NCBI GenBank assembly: GCA_964399085.1
Contig: CAYNPN010000001.1
Location: forward strand, 43,468-107,467
Origin: Candidatus Hadarchaeota archaeon
GTDB taxonomy: Archaea; Hadarchaeota; Hadarchaeia; Hadarchaeales; JAGGTB01
Direction: 5' to 3'
Length of the DNA stretch: 64,000 bases
Within the stretch, counting starts at the first letter, position 1. Each line of letters begins with the position of its first letter. A program made the translations under genes and the position numbers. The notes below the pieces were generated by a model. The model was not told where the DNA came from, ran no database searches, and was given only the letters and a program-made list of their open reading frames with translations. This document shows positions 9,905-19,773 of this stretch, one piece after another.

Positions 9905-11317
9905 TCACTTTCCTACATCGTTTCGGTAATCCATGTAGCTGAAATAGACTCCTCCGTCATCGCCTTCCAAATCGGAGTATGTCTTCTCCCTTGCCTCTTC
10001 CAAAGTATTTCCTCGATTGGTAAATGTGAGAACTCTCCCACCCCGCGTCCTTATATATCCCTGATGCAAATCGGTGCCGTTATGATAGACGAATCCACCC
10101 ACATGCTCACCTATGCCTTCACTGCCAACTCTTTCCCTCTTCTTACCCCGAAGGAAAATGGGTTGTTTACTGTAGTACTCTCCCGGATATCCGGCGTATC
10201 CTTCCACTGGCTTTCCATCCTCCCAAGGCCTTCCGCTGACAGCACAGACCGCTAAGCAATAATCCGAGCTCCAATTTATATCGACCTGGCTAAGCTGCCC
10301 GCCCGCCACCGAATCATATATCTCATATATATCCGTCTCCAATCTCGGGAGCCTTGCCTGGGCCTCGGGATCTCCATCCCTGACGTTGATTTCTAAAACG
10401 TATGGCTGTCTTTCTCCATCCTCCTCCACAGCCATCAGAACAAAGTGAAGGATTCCCTGGTAATCCTGGTCGAGATTTTCTACCGTCGGTCTCGCAATTT
10501 CCTCCATTATCTTTTCGGACAATTCCTCGCCGACTTCCTCCGGAGAATACGCTCCCATCCCCCCAGTGTTTGGATTTATCCCGTCGAAATAATCCTCTAT
10601 GAAAGGATGATCCGAGTCCTCATATCTACGCTTGTAATCCTTAGCCGTTCCAAAGGGTTTGATCGTCTCTCCATCAGTTATGGCGAAGAAAGAAATTTCA
10701 TCTCCACTCAGTCTCTCCTCCATCTCTATCCTCCGGCCCGCGCCATCGTATTTTTCATTGAATTCGTCGCTGCTAATGATATCAATTGCCGAGTATGTCT
10801 CTTCCAAGGAGCTACAGACAAAGGCGCCCTTTCCAGCAGCAATCCCGTCGGCCTTGGGAACTAGATTTTTACCCGGATTCTCCCCGTAGAACTGTTTAGC
10901 CCATTCCTTTGCTTTTTCGGGATCTTCGAAATTCTTGTAAGTCGGCACAGGCACCCCAATTGAATCGAGATATTCCTTGGCATCACATTTACTGGTCTCG
11001 AGAAACGCGGCATCTTCAGTCGGCCCTACGATTGGAATATCCGTCATGGATCTAAACTTATCAACTATCCCCTCGGAAATCCATCCTTCGGGTCCTGGAA
11101 CCGCCAAGTCAATATCGAGGTTCCTAGCCCTTTCTATAATCTCAGGTATTCTTTCCTCCTTACTCCCTTCCGGTAAGGGAACATCTTCTCCCCCATATTC
11201 GTGAACTCCGGCATTGCCCGGAGTAACGTACACATTATCTATCTCTGGGCTCTGAGAAAAAGCGTGGGCGATTGCGTTTCCTCGGCCTCCACCGTCGATT
11301 ATTAAGACATTAGACAT
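9905..11317 (-). CDS. purD: Phosphoribosylamine-glycine ligase (GAR synthetase)
   Basis: MSNVLIIDGGGRGNAIAHAF and an ATP-grasp core with GGMGAYSP. 470 aa. Confidence 0.88.
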   Translation of the reverse strand: MSNVLIIDGGGRGNAIAHAFSQSPEIDNVYVTPGNAGVHEYGGEDVPLPEGSKEERIPEIIERARNLDIDLAVPGPEGWISEGIVDKFRSMTDIPIVGPTEDAAFLETSKCDAKEYLDSIGVPVPTYKNFEDPEKAKEWAKQFYGENPGKNLVPKADGIAAGKGAFVCSSLEETYSAIDIISSDEFNEKYDGAGRRIEMEERLSGDEISFFAITDGETIKPFGTAKDYKRRYEDSDHPFIEDYFDGINPNTGGMGAYSPEEVGEELSEKIMEEIARPTVENLDQDYQGILHFVLMAVEEDGERQPYVLEINVRDGDPEAQARLPRLETDIYEIYDSVAGGQLSQVDINWSSDYCLAVCAVSGRPWEDGKPVEGYAGYPGEYYSKQPIFLRGKKRERVGSEGIGEHVGGFVYHNGTDLHQGYIRTRGGRVLTFTNRGNTLEEAREKTYSDLEGDDGGVYFSYMDYRNDVGK

Positions 11318-12791
11318 TTTCTACCCTCTCGTATACCCTGCTTGACCTATTCTCCCCCCTTTCAAACTCCGCCTTATATCTATCCGCCATTTTCTGGGCG
11401 AGAGGCGTAGGATAATCCTCGTTTATACAACCCAAACACAGTTCATCCTTCTCCAGTCCAGTTGCCTTGACAAAATTCTCAAGGGATTGATAGTTGACGC
11501 TGCTAACCCCAATTTCCTCCGCTATCTCCTCGGGCGTGTGATCAGAACCTATCAATTCATCGTAGGTCGTCATGTCGATTCCGTAGAAACAGGGTGCTAT
11601 TATTCGGGGGAAGGTTATATAGAGATGGATGTCTCCCACTCCGGCCTTTTTCATCTTCCTTACTACTCTCCGGGAAGTTGTTCCTCTAACAATGCTGTCC
11701 TCCGCGATGGCAACATTCTTGCCTCTAATTTTTCCCCAGTCGACGTTGAGCTTTTTATCGATTATCTTGTTTCGTTTATCCGAAGAGGAAATGAAAGCTC
11801 GGCTCGTCACATATCTATGTTTTCGCACAGCTCTCTCCCAGGGCAGTCCAGTTTCCATATGGAGTCCATAGGCGGCATCGTCCGCAGTTTGAGGGATTGA
11901 TACAATCACATCGGCCTTCTCTGTGATGTCGGGATTTTCCCTCCCCAGATTCCTTCCGAACTCTTCCCTTATTTTGTAGACGGGTTTTCCGTTGAAGATG
12001 GCATCGGGTCGGGCAAAGTAATCATACTCGAAAGAACAAAAAGCCCTTCTATCGGTATTGACTATCCTTTCTCGCTCGAATCCTTCATCAGAGAAAACCA
12101 AGAGTTCACCGGGTTTAACTTCTCCCTTATATTCAAGCCCATTGATACTCAATCCCACGCTCTCGGATGAAACTGCATATAATTCCTTATCGCTTGACCT
12201 GCCATAACAGAGGGGTTTGATGCCTAAGGGATCCCTAAAAGCGAAAAGTCTTCCATCGCCATCCAGTCCGACGACAGAGAAAGAGCCCTCGATTTCCTCC
12301 ATACAGTATTTCACTGCCTGAGAAAAATCTCCGTCCTCGAATCCTTCGAGAAGTTTCTTACTGAGCAGCTCCGTATCCGAAGTTGAGGAAAGGCCATCGA
12401 ATTTTCTATCAAGTTCCTTCCTAAGCTCAGGGTTGTTGACTAAATTGCCATTGTATCCTATCGCTATTTTCTTTCCGTCATGTTCGTCGATGAAAGGTTG
12501 AATATCCTCCCAAAGTTTATCCTTATCCCCAGATGTGGCATATCTTACGTGTCCTATTCCCACGCTACCGGTCATATTCTCAAACTGGATGTCCGAATGA
12601 CCATCTTCAACTGGCATTAGACCGAGGCCATTGACTGATTGAAATTCTTCATTCCACGTGAGAAGCCCGTACGATTGATGTCCTCTATGATTTTGAGATA
12701 TCATTCCCCAATATAAAGAAGAAACTACTTCTTCATCTTCAAAGTCATACGCTCCAATTATTCCACAAGATTCACTGATACGTCCCGACAT
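11310..12791 (-). CDS. purF: Amidophosphoribosyltransferase
   Basis: An N-terminal propeptide followed by CGIIGAY (Ntn Cys). PRTase loop VAIAEDSIVRGTTS. It overlaps the purD start by 8 nt. Confidence 0.9.
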   Translation of the reverse strand: MSGRISESCGIIGAYDFEDEEVVSSLYWGMISQNHRGHQSYGLLTWNEEFQSVNGLGLMPVEDGHSDIQFENMTGSVGIGHVRYATSGDKDKLWEDIQPFIDEHDGKKIAIGYNGNLVNNPELRKELDRKFDGLSSTSDTELLSKKLLEGFEDGDFSQAVKYCMEEIEGSFSVVGLDGDGRLFAFRDPLGIKPLCYGRSSDKELYAVSSESVGLSINGLEYKGEVKPGELLVFSDEGFERERIVNTDRRAFCSFEYDYFARPDAIFNGKPVYKIREEFGRNLGRENPDITEKADVIVSIPQTADDAAYGLHMETGLPWERAVRKHRYVTSRAFISSSDKRNKIIDKKLNVDWGKIRGKNVAIAEDSIVRGTTSRRVVRKMKKAGVGDIHLYITFPRIIAPCFYGIDMTTYDELIGSDHTPEEIAEEIGVSSVNYQSLENFVKATGLEKDELCLGCINEDYPTPLAQKMADRYKAEFERGENRSSRVYERVENV

Positions 12792-12845
12792 TCAATTACC
12801 AATTTTCGCGTAGTGTTAAAATTGTTTTCTCTGAGATGCCGGAGG

Positions 12846-13322
12846 TCACTTCAAATCTCCATCGCCCTTCTCCACTTTCTCTCTTAGTTTTTCCTTGTAG
12901 GCCGAAATCTTCTCCCGCAGTTTGGGATTATCAAGAGCCAGTATCTTTACGGCAGCTTCAGCCGCATTCTGGGGGTCAAGCACCACCATCGGGCAAACTC
13001 CACTGGGCATCCTCAAAGAGGAGAAGATATCTGCTCCCGAAAACTTGTCGGAATAAGGAGGACATGCTATTACAGGTGAAATCGTATTTGCGTCTACTAG
13101 CCCCGAAAGTGCATTCGATCTTCCCGCCACAGTTAGATATACAATTCCGTCTTCTTCGTCATGCTCTTCTAAAATATCCAAAACTTTCTCCGGGGTTTTA
13201 TGAGCGGAAGCTACCCTAATTTCATGGTCAACGTTAATTTCCTCTAAAAATTCAACAGCAGGTTCCGTAAAATCAAAATCCTTTTCGGATCCCATTATGA
13301 TAATTACTTTTTCACCGCTCAC
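12846..13322 (-). CDS. purE: N5-CAIR mutase / AIR carboxylase catalytic subunit
   Basis: VIIIMGSEKDF, SAHKTPEK and AGRSNALSG. 158 aa. Confidence 0.88.
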   Translation of the reverse strand: MSGEKVIIIMGSEKDFDFTEPAVEFLEEINVDHEIRVASAHKTPEKVLDILEEHDEEDGIVYLTVAGRSNALSGLVDANTISPVIACPPYSDKFSGADIFSSLRMPSGVCPMVVLDPQNAAEAAVKILALDNPKLREKISAYKEKLREKVEKGDGDLK

Positions 13323-13373
13323 GGTTAAATGATAGAAATAAAGACATTTTAAATTATCCTAGCCAGAGATATT

Positions 13374-14405
13374 TCAAAGAGCGGATTTCAAATCATCTAA
13401 GACAGTTTTCAAATCTCTGACGTCAAAAAAATCCTTCCCAATATACCTATTGGCTCCAGCTTGATACATTTCACTAGCCAAATCCTCCACTCCGAGAACG
13501 CGGGGTTCACTATCGACCAATTTTTTCCAATTTTTAATTCCTTCCTCTTTGGCCCTGCTTTTAGCCTCCCTTATTTCATCGTGCCACTCTGACTGTTCGT
13601 CCTTGTAAGCCTGTCTCAAAACCTCCTTGCTCACGTGCATGCCATCAACGGTGAATCTATCCTCGTCAAAGGTTCCTGCGACATCCCCAACCACTATATC
13701 TCCATCCATATAAAGCAGTTCAATCTTACCGTCCTCGTGAGTCATTCCAACTTCCTCAGCTCTCTCGGTTATAACCCGATTTGTCTTTCTGGCTATCGAG
13801 TAAATCTTATCTAATGAGACTCCGGATATTTCCTCGGCTTCCTCATCATCGATATACCTATCCTGTTCCTCAAGCTTTGTAGAGGCCTCTACAATTGGAT
13901 TCTCCAACGAAACTGGCTCGGCTGGCCAATCATCAATATCTAGACCTATATCCCTTGGAGAATATCTTCTTCTAGCGGACGATCCCTCAGGTATCCTATT
14001 TCTGAATATTATCTCTAGAGGTATCAGGTAATTGTTAACTGAATTATTTTGGAAGATGGAATAATCATGCTTTCCATCGATAAATTCGGGTTCCAAAACA
14101 TTGACGAGTCTTACGTGCATCTTATCGGAAGCCTCCTCTAAATCATCCAAATTTTTGATTTCCCCGTTCTCCTCCATTCCAAGATAGTGAGTTTCTATCC
14201 CTTCTTCCTCAAGCTTCTGGAAGGTGAAGGCTCCCATCATTGCCAACGCCTCGCCCTTCCGATCTATTTTTTTCGGCATCTCTCCCCAGTCAAAAACGGA
14301 GTATCTATCCGAGAAATGGAAAATTCCCCTACCAGATGATTCTTCAGTGGGGGGTTTCAAAATTTCCAAATCTTTAACGCTTCCCATTTTTCCCGTTTTT
14401 TCCAT
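13374..14405 (-). CDS. purC: SAICAR synthetase (long archaeal type)
   Basis: Track ORF 13374..14456. The probable start is ATG 14405 or 14387. FSDRYSVFDWGEMP is a SAICAR synthetase N-terminal motif. Confidence 0.82.
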   Translation of the reverse strand: MEKTGKMGSVKDLEILKPPTEESSGRGIFHFSDRYSVFDWGEMPKKIDRKGEALAMMGAFTFQKLEEEGIETHYLGMEENGEIKNLDDLEEASDKMHVRLVNVLEPEFIDGKHDYSIFQNNSVNNYLIPLEIIFRNRIPEGSSARRRYSPRDIGLDIDDWPAEPVSLENPIVEASTKLEEQDRYIDDEEAEEISGVSLDKIYSIARKTNRVITERAEEVGMTHEDGKIELLYMDGDIVVGDVAGTFDEDRFTVDGMHVSKEVLRQAYKDEQSEWHDEIREAKSRAKEEGIKNWKKLVDSEPRVLGVEDLASEMYQAGANRYIGKDFFDVRDLKTVLDDLKSAL

Positions 14406-14478
14406 TTTTATTAAGATTATAATTAATTTTTCACACAAACGATTTAACCCCCACAAAATAACTTTCTATAAGATTATA

Positions 14479-15579
14479 ATGATTGACAGGGGAGAAATTG
14501 AAGAAACTCTATCAGGTTATGAAGGAGAATTAACTCTGGGGATATTATGCTCTCACTCGGCCCTTCAGTTGTTGCACGGAGCCAAATTGGAGGGCATGAA
14601 AACCTTGGGGATATGCCCTGAAGAGAGAGAAAGAACATATAGCGCATTCCCCAAAGCAAGGCCGGATGAATTCCTAATTCTTGACGAATTCAGAGATATC
14701 CTAGAGGAAGAAAACCAGGAAAAATTGCTCAATGATAACACTGTTATTATCCCCCATGGTTCCTTCGTCGAATATGTAGGTGCGGAAAACTTACTCGACA
14801 AATTTAGAGTACCCATCTTCGGAAATAGAAATTCCCTGAGGTGGGAAGGGAATAGAAAAAAACAGAGAGAATGGCTGCAGAAGTCAGGAGTCCAGATGCC
14901 GAAACGGTATGAAAACCCGTCAGAAATTGATAGGAGAGTTTTCGTCAAATTTAGCGGAGCTAAAGGAGGTAGAGGTGCCTTTATTGCGAGTACGGAAGAA
15001 GAGTATGAAGAAAAATTAAACGAAAAGCTAGAAGAAGGAGCCGTCGAAAAGGACGACCTAGAGAATGTTACTATTCAAGAATTCGTTCCGGGTGTAAGAT
15101 ATTATCCGCACTATTTCTTCTCACCCTTCGCTAACCAAGGGGCAGAAGTAATGGATGGTTATATCGAAATACTAGGTATGGACAGGCGAATAGAACCAAT
15201 CGACGAATCTTATAGAGGATTACCCGAGGTATCAGAGGATTTTTTCGACTACACAGTGACAGGAAATGAGCCCTTAGTCACCAGAGAGAAACTATTGGTC
15301 GATTTGCTGGAAATAGGAACCAACGTTATCGAGACTTCATCCGAAATATTTCCACCTGGTATCGTAGGGCCCTTCTGCATCGAAACAGTTTATCATCCGG
15401 AACGCGGCTTCACGGCCTTTGAAATATCAGGTCGAATCGTTGCCGGAACAAATCTATTCCCAATGGGATCTCCATATTCACATTACTTTTACGAAGAACC
15501 TATGTCTACTGGACGCAGAATAGCGAGGGAAATTAAAGAGGGAAGAAAAAAGGATGGATTGGACAGAATAATATATTGA
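14479..15579 (+). CDS. purP: 5-formaminoimidazole-4-carboxamide ribonucleotide (FAICAR) synthetase, ATP-grasp
   Basis: The true start is ATG 14479 (MIDRGEIEETL...). LGILCSHSALQLLHGAKLEGMKT is a PurP-type motif. The track extension 14224-14478 is antisense to purC and I reject it. Confidence 0.82.
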   Translation: MIDRGEIEETLSGYEGELTLGILCSHSALQLLHGAKLEGMKTLGICPEERERTYSAFPKARPDEFLILDEFRDILEEENQEKLLNDNTVIIPHGSFVEYVGAENLLDKFRVPIFGNRNSLRWEGNRKKQREWLQKSGVQMPKRYENPSEIDRRVFVKFSGAKGGRGAFIASTEEEYEEKLNEKLEEGAVEKDDLENVTIQEFVPGVRYYPHYFFSPFANQGAEVMDGYIEILGMDRRIEPIDESYRGLPEVSEDFFDYTVTGNEPLVTREKLLVDLLEIGTNVIETSSEIFPPGIVGPFCIETVYHPERGFTAFEISGRIVAGTNLFPMGSPYSHYFYEEPMSTGRRIAREIKEGRKKDGLDRIIY

Positions 15580-15589
15580 GAGTGATTTC

Positions 15590-16795
15590 ATGCCCCCACA
15601 CGAAGAAATTGAAAGATCTAAAGTTCAAAAAATAGCCTCGGATTACGATCCTGGAGATATAACCATAGGGATATTTGGTTCGCACTCAGCGCTCCCCATT
15701 GGTTACTCGGCGAAAAGAGCAGGCCTATCAACTATGTTGTTTGCAAAGAAAGGTAGAGAAAAGACTTACGCAAAACATAATGCAAAATTGTACGACGACG
15801 CAATAGTTCTCGATGACTGGGGAGACTTAATTTCAGAAGACAAGCAGGAGATGATGAGAGAAAAGAACGTCATCTTCATGCCTAACCGTTCATTCGTGGT
15901 CTACGTGGGTTTGGAAAATATTGAAAGTGATTTCGAAATCCCTGTCTATGGCTCCCGGAAGTTATTTAGAGCCGAGGAAAGGACAGCCTCTCCACCACGG
16001 AATCAATACTATTTGCTAGATCAAGCGGGGATAAGGACTCCGAAAATATTTGAAGATCCGGAGGAAATAAACCGGCTTTCAGTCGTAAAGGTTCAGCAGA
16101 AAGACAACCCATTGGAGAGGGCTTATTTCTATCCTAGTAGCCCTGAGGAATATCACCAGATGGCCGAAGATAAAATCGAGTCCGGAGAGATCAGTAAGGA
16201 GGGATTAGAAAAGGCAACTATAGAAGAATTTGTAGTAGGACCAATGCTGAATGCCAACTTTCATTCATTTGGAATGAATCTCTCACAGGATTATTTTCCT
16301 AACGACATAGATCTCGTCGGATTCAGCGATAGGGAGCAAACAAATGAGAGTGGATTTAGAAACCTACCGGCCAATCTACAGTTAAATCTTTCCGAGAGGG
16401 GATTCGTGAGAACCAACGAGGAAATTTGCCACAGGGGGAAGACCCTTCGCGAGTCAAAAATAGAGATGATATACGGAACTGCGGAAAAACTAATGGAAAC
16501 TCTGAAAGAGGAGGTTCCACCTGGAATGATAGGGCCTGTGGGAATCCAAGGAGCAGTTCCAACCGACGATAATAACAGACCTGAATTCATCGTTTTCGAC
16601 TTGAGCTTCAGGGTCCCAGGAGATCCCGCAATGGGACCAACCTCGCCGTATCTTAGATACTTGAATGCAAAACATTCCACCGATTACGAAGAGTTTATGC
16701 CAGAGGGTTGGAAAATAAAAGAACCTCTCGATCTATCGATGATGGAAATTTGTAGAGCAGTTACACAAGGAAACCTTAAGGAGATAGTTAGCTGA
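15590..16795 (+). CDS. PurP paralog (second FAICAR-synthetase-like ATP-grasp protein)
   Basis: IGIFGSHSALPIGYSAKRAGLST is collinear with the upstream PurP. 401 aa. It begins 10 nt after the purP stop. Confidence 0.75.
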   Translation: MPPHEEIERSKVQKIASDYDPGDITIGIFGSHSALPIGYSAKRAGLSTMLFAKKGREKTYAKHNAKLYDDAIVLDDWGDLISEDKQEMMREKNVIFMPNRSFVVYVGLENIESDFEIPVYGSRKLFRAEERTASPPRNQYYLLDQAGIRTPKIFEDPEEINRLSVVKVQQKDNPLERAYFYPSSPEEYHQMAEDKIESGEISKEGLEKATIEEFVVGPMLNANFHSFGMNLSQDYFPNDIDLVGFSDREQTNESGFRNLPANLQLNLSERGFVRTNEEICHRGKTLRESKIEMIYGTAEKLMETLKEEVPPGMIGPVGIQGAVPTDDNNRPEFIVFDLSFRVPGDPAMGPTSPYLRYLNAKHSTDYEEFMPEGWKIKEPLDLSMMEICRAVTQGNLKEIVS

Positions 16796-16870
16796 GATAA
16801 TTGAGATTTAGCGGGTTTTTTACTTTTTCCGAGATTAGAGTAGAAGGTTCATCGACCCTTTTTCGAACCA

Positions 16871-19564
16871 TTATTTTCCAAAATATTTAGCCATCTTGAC
16901 TGTGTTTGGATTTTCCTCTTCAATTTGAAACCCAAATTTTCTGCACAGACGCAAAATCCGGGTACTTTCACTCTTTATCATGCCCCAAAGAATTTCTAGA
17001 TCCTTATCTCTGGCAACACTAATCAGAGATTTTAATAGGACTGAACCCAGTCCCAAACCTTGCCAAGGGTCCCCGACCACCACGGCAAATTCGCCTGTGT
17101 CCTTTTGTGGATCAATAGAAATACTCCCCATTCCAATTATTTTCGATCTACCATCTTCCTTCAGTTCTGCCACCAAGCGAATTTCTCTCTCATAGTCTAC
17201 GCTGGTAAATCGAACGATATCGTCGTGGCTGAGTTCCCTACTTTGAGAGAAAAATCTCTTTTTTAGGGTCTCCTTGGAAAAACTGTCGAAGAGATTAAAA
17301 ATTAATGGCTCATCTTCTGGCCTTATCGGGCGGATAGTGACTTCCCTATCGCCCTTCAGGTTTCTTCTTTCTATATATCTCAGAGGATATGGCTCGATTA
17401 TGAGATGATCATGCGGATCTCCGGAGGAGGGGATATCTTCATTGGAAAGGCTTATTCGCGCATCAATGGCCGAAAGACCTCCTTTCCAACCTGCTAAGGT
17501 AAATTCCATCTTCTCTATTTCAGGGAGATCTATAATCAACTGGGAGAGACGAGCGAGATATTCGTGTAGTGTCCTAATCTTCTCCGAAGGTTCATCGTCA
17601 AGCTCTCGGATTAACTTGGCAATTTCCGTCCTCTCAATCAATCTAGATGAATGGACCTGATTGAGAGGTGGAAAATCGGCTGCCTCATCTTGATATAAAC
17701 TTCCTTCGATGCCTCCCTTTCCAAATAAAATATAAGACCCGAATCTCCGATGCTTTCTGGAGCCTAACATAATTTCGTAGTCAATATTCCTAATCATCCT
17801 CTGAACAGTGACACCACGGATCTCCTTCTCAGGATGTAAATTCTCAGCGTTCTCAATAATCGCACTATAAGCATTTCTCACTTCGCTCTCGGATCTGAGA
17901 TCAAGGGCCACTCCTCGGGCCTTCCATTTTTGAGATATATATGGAGATCTAACTTTCAAAACGACGGGGAAACCGATCTTCTTTGCCAAATCCACTGCTT
18001 TTTCCGAACTAGAAGCTACATGAGTTTCATTAGCAGGTATACCGTAGGTTTGTAGAAATTCTTTTGACTCCTCCTCCATCAGAACACTTCGATTCTCGGT
18101 CGCCAAATTTTCCATCATAGACTTGAGATAATCTCTTTGATGGACCTGATCTTTGACAGGTACTTCATGGGATGATAAAGGCTCAGGAGTCTCGTAGAGA
18201 AGTTCTCTATTCCTTAGATGCCTATACATATACATGAAAATCCTTGAGCCCTGTCGAGGTGAGTTGACTGTGGGAATACCTCCTTGACGAAGTATATTTC
18301 GGCTCTTTTGTGTCGCTTCTCCACCCAGCCAACAAGACAAAATAGGTTTCCTCTCATTCTGAGCTAAATCGGCTAATTCTTCTGCTAGATCCCTTGATGA
18401 GAAAATACCGTGAGGAGTGTAAACAACCAATACTCCATCGACATTCTCATCGTCTTTACAGGACTCTATACAGGTAATGTAATCATCTATACTGGCATCA
18501 CTGGATATATCGATGGGATTCGATTTACTGGCATATCTGGGGAGTGTATCCTGTAGATCGTTCTTCGTTTTATCGGAAAGAGGTGCCAGTTCCCCGTCGT
18601 ACTCAATAAGGGCATCAACCGCCATAATTCCAGGTCCCCCGGCATTTGTAACTATAGCTAAATTGGGTCCAGTTGGAAGACATTCGTGGGCCAAAGCTTC
18701 AGAACAGCCGAACAGGTCATCTATACTGTCTACCCGAACCACGCCGGTTCTATTGAAAAGGGCATCATATAGCGAATCCTTTCCGGGTGAGGCACCTATA
18801 TGTGAAGAGACCGTTTTCGAGCTCTCGGGGTATACTCCTGACTTCTCCAAGACTAAAGGACCGGTTCTAGAAAAGTCTTTGGCTGCACTTATGAATTTTT
18901 CCGGTCTGTTTATGGACTCTACATGCATAAGAATTGTATTGGTTCGGGTGTCCTTCCCAAAATAATCAATCAGATCACCAAAATCCACATCAATCATATT
19001 CCCGACGGAAACAAATGCACTGAATCCGACGCCCGTCCCTTCTTGACGATTTATTATTGAAGGTCCCAAGGCCCCACTCTGGGAAATGAAGGCAATTCTG
19101 CCCGAATCGGGTGTCTTTTCCGATATGGTAGCATTTAATTTTTGAGAAGGTCTAACGACTCCTAGAGAATTTGGGCCTAGAATCCGTATTTCGTGCTTTC
19201 TCCTCTCCTTCTCAATCCTTTTTTCTAATCTTTTTCCCTTGGAATTACTCTCCCGAAAACCGGAGGAGATGATTATAACCGCGGGGATGTCCGCTTCTCC
19301 ACATTCTCGAACCATCTTTGGCACTGTCCGAGCAGGAGTAACTATACAAGCGAGGTCGGCCTGTCCAGAAATATCTTTTACACTGCCTACTGTATCGAAT
19401 CCCCAAATTTTCTCCCTATTAGGATTGACCAAATAAACCTCGTCCTTATAGTCCTCCACCAGATTCTTTGTGAGGGTTCTAGCTACGGAGTCTTCTCTGT
19501 CCGTGGCTCCAATAACAGCAATAGAACTAGGCTCGAAAAATTTTTCCAAATTTTTCGTGGACAT
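16871..19564 (-). CDS. Pat-like protein: ADP-forming acyl-CoA synthetase-like domains fused to a C-terminal GNAT acetyltransferase
   Basis: N-terminal CoA-binding motif (SIAVIGATDRE). The succinyl-CoA-synthetase-like and ATP-grasp parts follow. The C-terminal GNAT carries DPWQGLGLGSVLL. The start is ATG 19564 (track start TTG 19573). Confidence 0.85.
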   Translation of the reverse strand: MSTKNLEKFFEPSSIAVIGATDREDSVARTLTKNLVEDYKDEVYLVNPNREKIWGFDTVGSVKDISGQADLACIVTPARTVPKMVRECGEADIPAVIIISSGFRESNSKGKRLEKRIEKERRKHEIRILGPNSLGVVRPSQKLNATISEKTPDSGRIAFISQSGALGPSIINRQEGTGVGFSAFVSVGNMIDVDFGDLIDYFGKDTRTNTILMHVESINRPEKFISAAKDFSRTGPLVLEKSGVYPESSKTVSSHIGASPGKDSLYDALFNRTGVVRVDSIDDLFGCSEALAHECLPTGPNLAIVTNAGGPGIMAVDALIEYDGELAPLSDKTKNDLQDTLPRYASKSNPIDISSDASIDDYITCIESCKDDENVDGVLVVYTPHGIFSSRDLAEELADLAQNERKPILSCWLGGEATQKSRNILRQGGIPTVNSPRQGSRIFMYMYRHLRNRELLYETPEPLSSHEVPVKDQVHQRDYLKSMMENLATENRSVLMEEESKEFLQTYGIPANETHVASSSEKAVDLAKKIGFPVVLKVRSPYISQKWKARGVALDLRSESEVRNAYSAIIENAENLHPEKEIRGVTVQRMIRNIDYEIMLGSRKHRRFGSYILFGKGGIEGSLYQDEAADFPPLNQVHSSRLIERTEIAKLIRELDDEPSEKIRTLHEYLARLSQLIIDLPEIEKMEFTLAGWKGGLSAIDARISLSNEDIPSSGDPHDHLIIEPYPLRYIERRNLKGDREVTIRPIRPEDEPLIFNLFDSFSKETLKKRFFSQSRELSHDDIVRFTSVDYEREIRLVAELKEDGRSKIIGMGSISIDPQKDTGEFAVVVGDPWQGLGLGSVLLKSLISVARDKDLEILWGMIKSESTRILRLCRKFGFQIEEENPNTVKMAKYFGK

Positions 19565-19773
19565 TAATAACAATTCTTAATTTCTATATATTCTCATATT
19601 AGTATTTAGACTATTATCAATGCTTTCGGGAAATTTGGTAATGTCAGGGACGATCTATTTTCAATAAGAAATAACTGAAATGGACCGCAAAAAGAAACAA
19701 AAAGAATTTAAAGCGAATAGACTAATCCTCAGTATCTATAACAAAAATAAAAACTAAACGGAGGTGGAAAAAC

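Noticed and set aside
14224-14478. N-terminal 85 codons of track ORF 14224..15579
   Set aside because: They run antisense through the 5' end of purC and translate to hydrophobic nonsense. The conserved PurP sequence begins at ATG 14479.
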